Shown: positions 28,310-39,173, counted from the stretch's first letter. The stretch: 64,000 nucleotides of DNA from Candidatus Andersenbacteria bacterium RIFCSPHIGHO2_02_FULL_46_16 (GCA_001817065.1 MHHQ01000009.1:16211-80210), one strand, 5' to 3'. Notes: a model not told the origin generated them from the letters alone. Translations and numbers: made by a program.

Positions 28310-29119
28310 TTATGACGAGGCGCTGCTGTAACGACGCAGACCAGCCCGCCAGGCGAGGTTGGCTAGAATGAGAAAAATTGCAGCTAGGGCGATAGCGGTA
28401 GGTAGCTGCCAAAGTTGGAGCCGGCCGGTGATGGCTTGAGCAGGGACGAAGACGATGAAAGCAAGTGGTAGGGCATAAGTTAAGGCTAGACGGGGTGTGG
28501 TAGGAAACACATCAAAAGGAACCGTGAGAGGCTCCGTTATTAACTGCAGAAAACTCCAAAGTGCTTCCAGTCTCTCAATATAAAATACCAGCGAAGCAAG
28601 GAGAATGAGGAGGCTATAGAAAATGATAAGTCCGGTCATGACCAGCAAGATCATTATTAACCAGGCATTAAGGTTGGGTTGATAATTCAGTTGGGATAAC
28701 GCATAGAGAAAAGTAGCTAGTCCTCCACCTATCTGGCCGATGGTGCTATGCAGGTAGAATTGTTTAAAAGAAGTGTAGAAAAGCACGGGACTGGGTTTGG
28801 TTAGATAAAAATCAAAACTTCCTTTTTGCACAATAGATGGTAGGTCGGCTATATTATGGGTGAAAAAAGTGTCCATAATACCTTCGACAATACGAGAAAG
28901 GGCAAGAATAATCAGTGCTTCCGGTTTTTGCCAGCCAGCGATGGACTGAGTATGACTGAAAATTGTTTCAATCATAAAAATGAAGGCGGCTAGCCACAGC
29001 CCTTGTCGCAAGATACCGAGAAAGAAATTGGACCGGAACTCCATTTCGCGAATAAGGCTGGCACGGGTGTTAGCGCGCCAAACTCGCCACAGGTAACGGC
29101 TATTGGCCAGGAACGGCAT
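28310..29119 (-). CDS. ABC-2 family transporter permease
   Basis: EMEFRSNF, GSFDFYLTKP, WRAGLRRYSSAS. Confidence 0.85.
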   Translation of the reverse strand: MPFLANSRYLWRVWRANTRASLIREMEFRSNFFLGILRQGLWLAAFIFMIETIFSHTQSIAGWQKPEALIILALSRIVEGIMDTFFTHNIADLPSIVQKGSFDFYLTKPSPVLFYTSFKQFYLHSTIGQIGGGLATFLYALSQLNYQPNLNAWLIMILLVMTGLIIFYSLLILLASLVFYIERLEALWSFLQLITEPLTVPFDVFPTTPRLALTYALPLAFIVFVPAQAITGRLQLWQLPTAIALAAIFLILANLAWRAGLRRYSSASS

Positions 29120-29903
29120 AGCGCTGTAAGCCTTTTTGCCAGAGAGTATAGGCAAGCATGATTATTAGGAAAATCCAAACTGTTTGGTAGAGCAATAATT
29201 GAATTGATTGGTTAAAGGAGGCTTGGCCGAGTAATATTTCGGCCGGGACAGATACAATGTACCGGAAGGGCAGAAAACTAAGAGCGGTACGGACGGTCGG
29301 GGGCATCAGAATAAAGGGTATTAAAACACCGGAAGCGACAAGTTCGAAAATATTTTTAAAGCTTCTGATTTGTTGTGCTTCTTCAAGCCAAAAAGCCAGG
29401 AAGCCAAAACAGGTTTCCAGGGTGAAGGATAAAATAAGGGCTAAGAGGAGGCTGGGGATAAAAAGCAACCAGTGGGAGGGGATAAATATTTGGGGGGAAA
29501 AGGTGTGGGGAAAACTAAATAGAAAAAAGATAAAAAGGGGAAGTGGAATAAGTAATTTAATACATTTTTCCACGGTATTGTTGATAATGTCATTCCAGAT
29601 CATGGGAAAAGGCCTGATTAGATATTTGACGATATCGCCATTAAGAATTTCCCAGGCCGTAAAAAAACCGTTCCAGGCATCGGTAATGATTTTAATGAAG
29701 ATTACCAGCAGGAAGTAAGTTAAAGTTTCTTGGGGTGAGAGACCAGTTGGATTTTGCAGCGACACGTTATACCAAAGAGCCAGGGAGACAAGAGGGATGG
29801 AGGCCGCGGCTAAAGACCAAGCGATGACATCGATGCGGTATTCGAGTACGCGACCCCACTCCATGGCATATATCCGCCCGATTTTTTGGAAAAATTTACG
29901 CAT
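29100..29903 (-). CDS. ABC-2 family transporter permease
   Basis: GDIVKYLIRP, LPFRYIVSVP, WQKGLQRY. Confidence 0.85.
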   Translation of the reverse strand: MRKFFQKIGRIYAMEWGRVLEYRIDVIAWSLAAASIPLVSLALWYNVSLQNPTGLSPQETLTYFLLVIFIKIITDAWNGFFTAWEILNGDIVKYLIRPFPMIWNDIINNTVEKCIKLLIPLPLFIFFLFSFPHTFSPQIFIPSHWLLFIPSLLLALILSFTLETCFGFLAFWLEEAQQIRSFKNIFELVASGVLIPFILMPPTVRTALSFLPFRYIVSVPAEILLGQASFNQSIQLLLYQTVWIFLIIMLAYTLWQKGLQRYAVPGQ

Positions 29904-30882
29904 AATTCTGATTAGTGAAAAGCTCACGGACAACATTTTCGAGCGAGGGTTCGTCAATGGAAATATCTTCGACCGGAAACTTGGTTAGCAGTTGGGCAGC
30001 GCGCTTGGTAGTTTGGTTGCGGGGGACATGTAAGATAGTGTGCAGCGGCTGATATTTAATAATCTGTCCATATGGCAGCAGGGCAGTTTTGGCCACTGGT
30101 TGGAAGAAGGTTAGAACAATACGTCGATGGTCGACATGCTGCTTGATGAGATTTTCGGTTGAACCATCATAGGCGATACGACCATGGTCAATAATGACTA
30201 GGCGGCGAGCCAGTTCGCGGACATCATCAAGATAATGGCTAGTGAGGATAATGGTGGCGTTGTATTTTTGCTGGTATTGTTTAATAAATTTACGGACTTT
30301 TTTTTGCACGACGATATCAAGACCGATGGTAGGTTCGTCCAGTAATAATACTTGCGGGTGGTAAACTAAGGCGGCGGCTAGTTCGCCGCGCATGCGCTGT
30401 CCCAGCGAAAGTTTGCGGACTTGCACTTTAAGAAATTTATCCAAGTCCAATAATTCGGTTAGTTCCTGCAAACTGGACCGAAAGACAGATTTATCTATTT
30501 CGTAGATATCTCTTTGCAATAGCAGAGAATCGTAAAGCGGCAGATCCCACCAGAGCTGGGCTTTTTGGCCCATGACAAGCGAGAAATTCTTGAGAAAATC
30601 CCTTTTGCGTTGCCAGGGGGTATAATCCATCACCGTGGCAGTACCGGAAGTCGGATAAAGTAAGCCGGAGAGCATCTTTAACGTGGTGGTTTTTCCAGCG
30701 CCATTTGGTCCGATAAAGCCAACGAGCTCGCCGGTCTGTATGGAAAGGCTGATGTTGTCAACAGCTGTGATCGTTTTATAACGACGGTTAAATAAACCTT
30801 GGATAGAGCCGATAAAACCTGGCTCCTTCTGATGTACTTGGTAAGACTTACTTAAGTCCTTGATGTTTATGATAACGGACAT
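29896..30882 (-). CDS. ABC transporter ATP-binding protein
   Basis: GPNGAGKTT, LSLGQRMR, LLDEPT. Confidence 0.92.
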   Translation of the reverse strand: MSVIINIKDLSKSYQVHQKEPGFIGSIQGLFNRRYKTITAVDNISLSIQTGELVGFIGPNGAGKTTTLKMLSGLLYPTSGTATVMDYTPWQRKRDFLKNFSLVMGQKAQLWWDLPLYDSLLLQRDIYEIDKSVFRSSLQELTELLDLDKFLKVQVRKLSLGQRMRGELAAALVYHPQVLLLDEPTIGLDIVVQKKVRKFIKQYQQKYNATIILTSHYLDDVRELARRLVIIDHGRIAYDGSTENLIKQHVDHRRIVLTFFQPVAKTALLPYGQIIKYQPLHTILHVPRNQTTKRAAQLLTKFPVEDISIDEPSLENVVRELFTNQNYA

Positions 30883-31043
30883 AGAAAGAGATGATGAGAA
30901 ATTAGGTACTAAATCAAGATGGCTTAATAATTAGAAAATTGATATTGGAGCATTTTACTCGTACTGCGGTTAGGCTAAACTACTATAACAGTATTAAGTA
31001 GCAGAAGGTGGGTGTGGATAAATCAAACGGTAATAAATAAAAA

Positions 31044-31904
31044 ATGAGCATTAGCAGAACAAGAACAAAGCAAGCGTCCTCTTTACGGCAATATCTAGAA
31101 GAGATTGGCCAGACGCCATTGTTAACCAGTGAGGAAGAGGCGAGATTGGCCATAAGAATTCAGGAAATGAATGATGAGGATGCGCGCCAGTTATTAATGA
31201 AAGCAAATTTGCGATTGGTTGTTAGTATTGCTAAGCAATATGCAGCGCCACAGGACCAGGATATGCTGCTGGACTTTATTCAAGAAGGGAACATGGGCCT
31301 GATGCGGGCGGTAGATCGCTTCAAGCCGGAATTTAAAACCCGCTTCTCAACTTATGGTGTGTATTGGATTAGGCAGGCGATTTTGCGGGCCTTAAAAGCA
31401 CGCCGGATTGTTCGGTTGCCAGAGAACGTGGTTGATTTAGTAATGCAGATGAAGCGAGTACGGCAGGCTCTTTATCAGATATTTGGACGGTGGCCAACGG
31501 CGGATGAGTTAGCGGAAGAAATGGAAGTGCCAGTGAAAACGATAAATATGTTAGAAGCGGCGGGGGCGGAAGTGGTTTCGTTGGATCAGCCAGTGCGGGG
31601 TAAGGAGGGAGAAGAAGAAACACAGTTAAAGGATATGATTGAGGATACGGACACGATGAGTCCCAACCAGGAAACTCAACGTGAGATGGTACGAAACGAG
31701 ATAAGTTCGGCAGTGGCATCTTTACCGCCGAGAGAAAGGAAGATACTTGAGTTAAGATTCGGTTTGGGAAATAAAATACGGCCTTACACATTAGAGGAGA
31801 TTGGCCTAGAGTTTGGGATTAGCCGAGAGCGGGTGAGGCAACTACAAAACGTGGCTTTATCCAGATTGCGCCAACGGAAAACTATGCAGAATTTTTATGA
31901 GTAG
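31044..31904 (+). CDS. Sigma-70 factor, RpoD/RpoS-like, lacking region 1.1
   Basis: YLEEIG..PLL, ANLRLVVSIAK, QEGNMGLMRAVDRF, TLEEIG..FGISRERVRQ. Confidence 0.92.
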   Translation: MSISRTRTKQASSLRQYLEEIGQTPLLTSEEEARLAIRIQEMNDEDARQLLMKANLRLVVSIAKQYAAPQDQDMLLDFIQEGNMGLMRAVDRFKPEFKTRFSTYGVYWIRQAILRALKARRIVRLPENVVDLVMQMKRVRQALYQIFGRWPTADELAEEMEVPVKTINMLEAAGAEVVSLDQPVRGKEGEEETQLKDMIEDTDTMSPNQETQREMVRNEISSAVASLPPRERKILELRFGLGNKIRPYTLEEIGLEFGISRERVRQLQNVALSRLRQRKTMQNFYE

Positions 31905-31982
31905 AAAAATTGAATAACGGGTGGTATAAGGCTGTCGGTGATTGGTAGGTAAAAAATGGTGACAAAATGCTACAATATTAGC

Positions 31983-33155
31983 ATGGGTCAACCGTTTTTA
32001 TATGGTGCAGCTACTAGTGCTCACCAAACTGAGGGAAATAATGTTCATAATGATTGGTGGGCGTGGGAGATGGGAAGGCCGATTGAGATGAGGTCTGGTT
32101 TGGCGGCTGATCATTACGATCGTTTTCGAGAAGACTTTCGTTTGGCTAAAGAATTGGGACATAACGCACATCGATTTTCGCTGGAATGGAGCAGGATTGA
32201 ACCCAAACGGGGACGGTGGGACAAACAAGCATTGGGGCATTATCGACATGTCTTAGAAGAGCTAAAGAAATTAGAGATAACGCCATTTGTTACTTTGCAT
32301 CATTTTACGAATCCCCGATGGTTTGCTGAACGAGGGGGGTGGCTCAGGTCTGATGCAGCAGAGCTGTTTACTCGATATGTGCAGACGGCAGCTGATTATC
32401 TGGGTGATCTAGTACCGTTTTGGATTACGTTGAATGAGCCTGTTTTATGGAGTAGTCTGGCGTATTGGCAAAGACGATGGCCGCCCCAACAGCGTAGTTT
32501 AATAAAATTTAACCGATCGGTACACCATTTGGCGGTGGCGCACAATCAGGCTTATCAAGTACTGCATCGTAAACATGCGCAGACGCAAGTCGGACTAGCC
32601 AGGAATCTGGTGGCTTATCAGCCGGCTAGTGAGTCTTGGTTGGATCGGGTAGCGTGCCAGACAGTAGACTGGTGGTTTAACCGAAGATTTTATAATATGA
32701 CTTGGCCGCAGCACGACTTTTTGGGTATAAATTACTATTTCCAAACAAAGATACATTGGGAGACTAAGTCGTTTAGCATAGTGCAAAGTGATACTCAGGG
32801 TGAGCGAAGCGACGTTGGCTGGACGATAGCACCGGATGGTTTGCGGCAAGTGCTGGAAAGTGTCCGGCGGTATAAATGTCCAGTTTATGTAACAGAGAAC
32901 GGGCTAGCGGATCGGCACGACAAATTACGAGCTGATTTTATTAGAGACCACTTGAGAGCGGTGGAGAGGGCGCAGGAGAGTGGCGTCGATGTACGGGGAT
33001 ATTTTCATTGGTCATTGTTGGATAACTACGAGTGGGATTTAGGGGTAACGCCTAGATTTGGTTTGGTGGCAGTGGATTATAAAACAATGTCCCGTAGTAT
33101 TAGACCGAGTGCCTATGTGTATAAGAGCATTATCGAACAAGCGAGAGGCGGGTAG
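31983..33155 (+). CDS. Glycoside hydrolase family 1
   Basis: FLYGAATSAHQ, TLNEP and VTENG catalytic motifs, WSLLDNYEW. Confidence 0.93.
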   Translation: MGQPFLYGAATSAHQTEGNNVHNDWWAWEMGRPIEMRSGLAADHYDRFREDFRLAKELGHNAHRFSLEWSRIEPKRGRWDKQALGHYRHVLEELKKLEITPFVTLHHFTNPRWFAERGGWLRSDAAELFTRYVQTAADYLGDLVPFWITLNEPVLWSSLAYWQRRWPPQQRSLIKFNRSVHHLAVAHNQAYQVLHRKHAQTQVGLARNLVAYQPASESWLDRVACQTVDWWFNRRFYNMTWPQHDFLGINYYFQTKIHWETKSFSIVQSDTQGERSDVGWTIAPDGLRQVLESVRRYKCPVYVTENGLADRHDKLRADFIRDHLRAVERAQESGVDVRGYFHWSLLDNYEWDLGVTPRFGLVAVDYKTMSRSIRPSAYVYKSIIEQARGG

Positions 33156-33244
33156 CAGCAGCTGGATGCGTGCTCGGCGGAATTAAAGTATAAAAAACGT
33201 AGTGGCATGAAGACTCTAGACAAGCAACTTCTTAGTAGATTGCA

Positions 33245-33655
33245 CTAAACTAGTGGCGACAAGGCGCTAAGCTGACTTTGCAGTTGCTTCAAGCTTTTAT
33301 ATCTAATAACCTGGTTAGCCATAGTAGAGATGTACCGAGTGGCAACTCCTTGTCTAATGGCAGCATATATAGGTTTTTTTAAGGCATAGGCGTAACCAAT
33401 TTCTAACAGCATGCCTTCGCTCTTATCGTTGCTTTTTATGTAGGCTAATAATATATCAGCTGCTCTTAAATGGGGCAGTGATGAATCGATAATTTGTTTA
33501 GCAGTATAGTGGTGTTGTTGGAATAGACCTTCCTGCTGAAAAGCACAGAAAACAGTATGGTCGGCGGCTTCCAAGGTGTGGATGATAGCATTCAGGTCGG
33601 TTTTTAGAACAGTGCGTTTTTCCCCGGTAAATTTGTACGATAGATAGATTTTCAT
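33245..33655 (-). CDS. Nucleoside 2-deoxyribosyltransferase-like protein
   Basis: KIYLS, SEGMLLEIGYAYALKKPI. Confidence 0.8.
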   Translation of the reverse strand: MKIYLSYKFTGEKRTVLKTDLNAIIHTLEAADHTVFCAFQQEGLFQQHHYTAKQIIDSSLPHLRAADILLAYIKSNDKSEGMLLEIGYAYALKKPIYAAIRQGVATRYISTMANQVIRYKSLKQLQSQLSALSPLV

Positions 33656-33752
33656 GGTTTTTAATGGCTATGAGCGGAGGTTGCTATAAATACTGTACTT
33701 GGTTTTTAATCGGTTAGTCGAATGGATTCGGCAGGTAGGGTACAATCAACTC

Positions 33753-34673
33753 ATGTGGTGGCTTTTTTATGCCTTGTTGGCACATGTAATGAATGCAGGC
33801 GTTTTTGTTGTTGATAAAAGTCTTTTAGCCACAAATAGTAAGATTAGTTCACCGATTAAATATGCAGCTTGGTCGGGGGTGTTGGCGGGAGGAGCGGTTT
33901 TGCTGCTACCCTTTTACTGGGTGGCGCCGACTTGGGCAGTGGTTAATTGGTCGTTGGTCGCCGGTGTTTGTTGGGTCGGGGCGTTATGGTTTTCTTTCGC
34001 GGCTTTAAAGGTGGGTGAGCCGTCGGTCGTGGTGCCGCTAACCGGTTCAGTAGTCCCGATATTCACATGGTTGATAGCTGTTGTTTTTTTAGGAGAACGG
34101 CTGTCTAACGTAACGATGACCGCAATGGTGCTGTTGGTGTTGGGTGGTGCGGTGTTGTCTTTGCGATTATCTAAGGCGGCGCGAATGAACTCACTGGTGA
34201 TTGGTACGGCGGCGCTAAGTGGTATGTTTTATGCGGTATACTTTGCGGTGGTGAAGCATGTCTATATTGTATTCCCTTTCTTCTTGCCAGCTTTTGCTTA
34301 TACGAGGATGGGGGTTGGAATAGCGGGACTAGCGTTAGTGTTTTGGCTGATGAGAAGGCCAGCAGAAAAGCAGTTGGTTAAGGAAAGAAAAAATGGCAAT
34401 AAACTTACCGTATATATTATCGGGGCGTTGGTCATAAGCAAGGGTTTTGGTATGATGGCGCTTATTTTACAAAATTACGCGATTAGTTTGGGTAGTGTGA
34501 CGGTGGTTAATGCTTTACAAGGTACGCAGTATTTGTTCTTACTTGGTTTGGCGGTACTGGTGTCACGGTATTATCCCCGATTATGGAAAGAGGAATACTC
34601 AAGAGTCACTCTTACCCAGAGATTAGTGGGAATGAGCCTAGTAAGTATGGGTTTAGTATTGTTAGTTATGTAA
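33753..34673 (+). CDS. EamA/DMT family transporter
   Basis: About 10 TMs, ALKVGEPSVVVP, FLGERL. Confidence 0.85.
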   Translation: MWWLFYALLAHVMNAGVFVVDKSLLATNSKISSPIKYAAWSGVLAGGAVLLLPFYWVAPTWAVVNWSLVAGVCWVGALWFSFAALKVGEPSVVVPLTGSVVPIFTWLIAVVFLGERLSNVTMTAMVLLVLGGAVLSLRLSKAARMNSLVIGTAALSGMFYAVYFAVVKHVYIVFPFFLPAFAYTRMGVGIAGLALVFWLMRRPAEKQLVKERKNGNKLTVYIIGALVISKGFGMMALILQNYAISLGSVTVVNALQGTQYLFLLGLAVLVSRYYPRLWKEEYSRVTLTQRLVGMSLVSMGLVLLVM

Positions 34674-35677
34674 TGCAGACGGTAAGAAAAAAATGGTGGA
34701 GGGTAATATCGATTACAGTAATTGTTACATTATTAATAATCGTTACTTGGCTCGGAAGACCAGAGTTTAAGGCAGAGCAGATGGAGTACGGAGTGACCTT
34801 TTCTGCGCCTAATGCTGAGTGGGTAGTGGGAAACTGGAAAGAAGCTTACGAGGCAACACTAGTAGATTTGGGGGTGAAGAGGCTGCGCTTATCGGCGTAT
34901 TGGAATATCATTGAACCGGCAGACGGCAAGTTTGATTTTAGCGGACTGGATTACCAAATGGATCGGGCAGCAGAGGAAGGAGCGCAGGTAATTTTATCGA
35001 TTGGAAGAAAGTTGCCGCGGTGGCCGGAGTGTCATACGCCAGACTGGGCAGTCGGATGGCCGGAAGAGCAACAACAGGCCAGAGTCATGAAAATGTTAGT
35101 GATAGTGATTGAGCGTTACCAAGAGCATCCGGCCTTACGGATGTGGCAATTAGAGAATGAACCATTGCTGGATTTTGGGGGTTGTCCGCCAGAGGACAGG
35201 CGGTTTTTAGCAGAGGAAGAACGGTTGGTGAGAACCTTAGATGATCAACATCCGATATTAATAACTGATTCGGGAGAGCTTAACTGGTGGCTGGATGCGG
35301 CCAAATACGGTGATATTTTAGGGACGACGATGTATCGGACTGTTCATTCAACACGAACTAATCGTCTATTTTCGTACGACTATATCTTTCCATCATGGCT
35401 GTACCGAGCTAAAGCAAGGCTAGTTAATTTGGTGGAAGGGAAAGACATAATAATCTCTGAATTGCAGGGGGAACCGTGGGGGTCTGGCGCTTATATTTAT
35501 TTGTCGGAGCAGGAGCGAGGCGAGTCGTTTTCGCTGGATAGATTTATTGAACTGCAGAAATTTGCTGAACGTACACAACTTAATGAGGCGTACTGGTGGG
35601 GGGTGGAATATTGGTACTGGGAAAAAGTTAAAAACAATAATCCGGCTTATTGGAATTTCGCTAAGACACTGTTTTAG
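34673..35677 (+). CDS. Membrane-anchored clan GH-A glycoside hydrolase (GH42/GH5-like)
   Basis: AYWNIIEP..GKFDFS.LD, WQLENEP, ISELQGEPW. Confidence 0.75.
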   Translation: MQTVRKKWWRVISITVIVTLLIIVTWLGRPEFKAEQMEYGVTFSAPNAEWVVGNWKEAYEATLVDLGVKRLRLSAYWNIIEPADGKFDFSGLDYQMDRAAEEGAQVILSIGRKLPRWPECHTPDWAVGWPEEQQQARVMKMLVIVIERYQEHPALRMWQLENEPLLDFGGCPPEDRRFLAEEERLVRTLDDQHPILITDSGELNWWLDAAKYGDILGTTMYRTVHSTRTNRLFSYDYIFPSWLYRAKARLVNLVEGKDIIISELQGEPWGSGAYIYLSEQERGESFSLDRFIELQKFAERTQLNEAYWWGVEYWYWEKVKNNNPAYWNFAKTLF

Positions 35678-35827
35678 TGAGCTCTAGCAGAGCGTGAATT
35701 TGTTTTAAGTAGAAAACGAAAGAAAACAGTGAAATTGGCTTGTCTGGGCAGGAAAAAATATTTAGTATGGGCTAGAGTTCTTCGGTGTTCTTTTTAGGAA
35801 GAGTCTGCGAAAATAGGGAGAAATAAT

Positions 35828-36253
35828 GTGTTGCAGATAGGAGAAACAATTGAGTTACGACGAAGTGTGGTAGGGCTGGCGACTTCTTGGGTAGGGTTAA
35901 TACATTACGTGTATAGGGAGGAGGAGGTAGATATTCCCCGCCCAGTAAATTGGTATTTATTTACCTCTTGGATATTTAGTCAGTGTAGTATGGTTTTACC
36001 GAGAGATTTGGGAAAACAGAGTTGGTGTGGGCAAGGGGTGGAAAGCCGATTGGAATGGGCGTTAGCTGATTTAGTCTTCACGAAAGGCAGCCAGGGACAA
36101 GAGTTTACTGATGGTGTTGGTCATGTCGGTATCGTCGGCGACGATGTAGTGATTCATGCTAGTTGCAAGAGAGGATCCGTGATAGCAGAACCGATAGATG
36201 ATTTTTTAAGTAGCTATGAATTAGTACGGGTGCGACGAGTTGTTAATTATTGA
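35828..36253 (+). CDS. NlpC/P60-like protein, catalytic Cys apparently substituted
   Basis: LPR...DLVFT...GVGHVGI...VIHA; DCS position reads NWY. Confidence 0.65.
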   Translation: MLQIGETIELRRSVVGLATSWVGLIHYVYREEEVDIPRPVNWYLFTSWIFSQCSMVLPRDLGKQSWCGQGVESRLEWALADLVFTKGSQGQEFTDGVGHVGIVGDDVVIHASCKRGSVIAEPIDDFLSSYELVRVRRVVNY

Positions 36254-37539
36254 CCACTTTGTGAGCAGGGTGGTTTTTTAAATGTCACTAATACGTCACC
36301 AATTAGATAAAGGGATCCGGTGACTAATAATAAGTTGTTTGGTCGCAGTGCCTGCTGGGCAAATAAGAGGGCTTGGCGAGGATCGGCGATCGCATGCAAG
36401 GAAGATTGGCGAGGGTTAAATAGCGATATGAGCTGGGAGGCGGGCAGAGGATTATAATTGGCTTGGGTGACGATAATGCGGCGGAAGCGAGGGGCAATCT
36501 TCTTTATTATTGGCTGAGGGTTGGTGTCGGCTTTAAGGCCGACGACTAAAGTGTCCGGGGGAGGGAAAGGGCCAGTGTCCAGCGCATTGGATAAAGAAGC
36601 AATACCGGCGTCATTATGTGCTCCGTCCAGTAAAATAAAAGGATCGCGTGAGACAATATCCAGACGGCCAGGCCATTTAGCATTAGCTAGTCCTTGGTGA
36701 ATAGTCTGTCTGGTGATAGCCGGCAGGCTTTTTTTGAGTACGAAGGCGGCAGTAATAGCGGTTCCGGCGTTAGTAATTTGATGCGGGCCTAAGAGAGATA
36801 TCTGGTAAGTGTCATTAATTATACCGGAGGCGGCAAAGCTTTGGCCGTCTAGTGTGTTCTGCTCGGGGATAGTGGTAAGAAGCGAAGAAACAGAGTAAAA
36901 AGGCGAGTTAAGATGAGAGCAGCGGCTAGCAAAAAATGAGCAAATTGATGGATTGGTTTCCGCTGTGACGAGGGGGACACCTGGTTTGATGATCCCGGCT
37001 TTGCGTTGGGCGATGGTTGGCCTGGTTCGTCCTAACCACTCTGTATGATCGATGGTCACATTGGTGATGATAGACAGGAGAGGGGCAATGACATTGGTGG
37101 CATCGAGATCGCCGCCCATGCCAACTTCTATAACAGCGATATCAATTTTTTGTGCAGCGAAGTGAAGAAATGCTAGGGCGGTAGTAAATTCAAAGAAAGT
37201 GGGTGTGAGATGGGCGTGGTGGGCGGCGGCACGTGTCTGGCTAATGAGGTGGCTTAAATGAGTGTCGGTAATTGGCTGACCGTCAATGACTACTCGCTCG
37301 GGGAAGGAGCAAAGATGAGGGCTGGTGTACAAACCGGTGTGATATTTTGATTGTTGCAGGATTGAGGCTATAAAGGCGGCTGTGCTACCCTTGCCGTTGG
37401 TGCCGGCGATGTGGATAGAAGAGAACTTGGTTTGCGGATTACCGAGAGCCTGCATTAATGACAGCATAGTTTGAAGGCCAGGTTTGATTTTTTCAAAACG
37501 ATGGAGGTGGGTAAGGTAGTTGAGCTGCTTGTCTATCAT
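36247..37539 (-). CDS. folC: Folylpolyglutamate synthase/dihydrofolate synthase
   Basis: IAGTNGKGST, YTSPHL, EVGMGGDLDATN, WPGRL, LDGAHN. Confidence 0.93.
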   Translation of the reverse strand: MIDKQLNYLTHLHRFEKIKPGLQTMLSLMQALGNPQTKFSSIHIAGTNGKGSTAAFIASILQQSKYHTGLYTSPHLCSFPERVVIDGQPITDTHLSHLISQTRAAAHHAHLTPTFFEFTTALAFLHFAAQKIDIAVIEVGMGGDLDATNVIAPLLSIITNVTIDHTEWLGRTRPTIAQRKAGIIKPGVPLVTAETNPSICSFFASRCSHLNSPFYSVSSLLTTIPEQNTLDGQSFAASGIINDTYQISLLGPHQITNAGTAITAAFVLKKSLPAITRQTIHQGLANAKWPGRLDIVSRDPFILLDGAHNDAGIASLSNALDTGPFPPPDTLVVGLKADTNPQPIIKKIAPRFRRIIVTQANYNPLPASQLISLFNPRQSSLHAIADPRQALLFAQQALRPNNLLLVTGSLYLIGDVLVTFKKPPCSQSGQ

Positions 37540-37602
37540 AGGAAAGACAATAACACTAATCTCCCTGGACGCCCAACAATAGATGAGCCAAACTATAGAC
37601 AG

Positions 37603-38466
37603 ATGAAACATTATCTGGACATGGTGCGTTATGTGCTGGAGAACGGGGAACGAAAGGTAAACCGGACAGGCGTGGCCACGCTGGCGTGTTTTGCTTATTT
37701 TTATAAAGTGGATTTACAGACTGGCTTTCCCTTGCTGACGACCAAAAAGATGTATTGGGATTCCTTGGTGCATGAGCTGTTCTGGTATTTGTCTGGAGAA
37801 GCGCACATTAGGAGCTTGCGGAAGAAAACGAAAATCTGGGATGCTTGGGCAGATGACGAGGGGAGACTGCAAACAGCCTATGGCCGGTTTTGGCGTAGGT
37901 TTCCGATGCCGGAGAAGGGGATGGAGGGAGAGAAGTGGGGGACTAAGTGGGTGACAAGAGATGAAGAAACTGGTCAAAAGACATTTGATCAGATCCAGTA
38001 TGTGATCGATTCATTGAAGGAAATAAGGGTGAATCCTGAGCATCCTAATTTGCGTCGGCTAGTAGTATCAGCTTGGCATCCGGGAAATGCGGCGGAAAGT
38101 CGGTTGCCGCCGTGTCATTATACTTTCTGCTTTAACGTAATGGGCGATAAACTAAATTGTCATCTGACGCAACGATCGTGTGATATTGCGCTGGGTGTAC
38201 CGTTTAACTTGGCTGGCTATGCACTGCTGACGATGATGATTGCTCAGGAAACAGGCTTTAAGGCAGGGGAATTTGCTCACTCTCTTTTGGACGCGCACAT
38301 TTATGAGAACCATATTGAGGGATTAAAAGAGCAATTGAAAAGAGAACCTAAGCGGCTGCCGCGGGTGGAGATAGCCAGTAAACCGTTTGATAGATTGTCA
38401 TTTGATGACGTGACGTTGCATGATTATGTGGCAGATGAAGTAATTAAGTTTCCGGTGGCAGTGTAG
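37603..38466 (+). CDS. thyA: Thymidylate synthase
   Basis: NRTGV, FPLLTTKK, LPPCH, QRSCDIALGVPFN, DAHIYENH. Confidence 0.95.
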   Translation: MKHYLDMVRYVLENGERKVNRTGVATLACFAYFYKVDLQTGFPLLTTKKMYWDSLVHELFWYLSGEAHIRSLRKKTKIWDAWADDEGRLQTAYGRFWRRFPMPEKGMEGEKWGTKWVTRDEETGQKTFDQIQYVIDSLKEIRVNPEHPNLRRLVVSAWHPGNAAESRLPPCHYTFCFNVMGDKLNCHLTQRSCDIALGVPFNLAGYALLTMMIAQETGFKAGEFAHSLLDAHIYENHIEGLKEQLKREPKRLPRVEIASKPFDRLSFDDVTLHDYVADEVIKFPVAV

Positions 38467-38469
38467 GGA

Positions 38470-38585
38470 CGAAAGCACAAAACACAAATTACAAAACCCA
38501 AAGAAACTTAACAAACGTGACAAGCTTTGCAAACAAACGTTACAAACCGAGCAAACTAAATAAGAACTAATAAACAATAAAGAAA
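38470..38585. repeat. A/C-rich low-complexity spacer (AAAC periodicity)
   Basis: acaaaacacaaattacaaaacccaaag...; similar tracts near 7030-7200, 28200-28310, 39050-39240, 58515-58710. Confidence 0.65.
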
Positions 38586-38591
38586 AGAGGA

Positions 38592-39173
38592 ATGAAAATA
38601 CATTTAATTGTGGCGATTACTGCGCAAGGAGTTATTGGAAATAAGAAAGGTTTACCCTGGCATATACCGGAGGATTTAAAACAATTCAAGAAGATAACGT
38701 CCGGCAACACTATCTTAATGGGACGACGGACTTATGAAACAATCGGACGGCCATTGCCAAACAAGGAGAACCTTGTACTAGATGCCGAAAAGAAGCCAAT
38801 AGCCGGAGCCACGGTTTGCGGTTCTATAGATGAAGCTCTGACTTGGGCGGAAAAGCAAGGGAAGGAATTATATGTGATAGGCGGGGCTAGTGTGTATGCG
38901 CAAATGTTACCGATGGTTGAGGTGATGCATATATCGCACGTAAAGAAAGATTATCCTGGGGATGTTTATTTTCCTGAGTATGATAAATCCAAGTGGCAGG
39001 AAATCAAACGGGAAGAATATGATGAGTTCACGGCCATAACATATCGCAGAAACTCCAAATTATCTCCCAAGTATCCCCTAGGGACAAAACGCAAGAATTT
39101 TATAGCGAGTTTGAAATCCGAAAGCTTAAAATCCTCCCTAAAAGGGATCCCTTCGGGAGAAACAAATCAGTAA
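38592..39173 (+). CDS. folA: Dihydrofolate reductase with repeat-derived C-terminal extension
   Basis: VIG..LPWHIPEDL, MGRRTYE, RPLP, IGGASVY, DVYFP. Confidence 0.93.
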   Translation: MKIHLIVAITAQGVIGNKKGLPWHIPEDLKQFKKITSGNTILMGRRTYETIGRPLPNKENLVLDAEKKPIAGATVCGSIDEALTWAEKQGKELYVIGGASVYAQMLPMVEVMHISHVKKDYPGDVYFPEYDKSKWQEIKREEYDEFTAITYRRNSKLSPKYPLGTKRKNFIASLKSESLKSSLKGIPSGETNQ

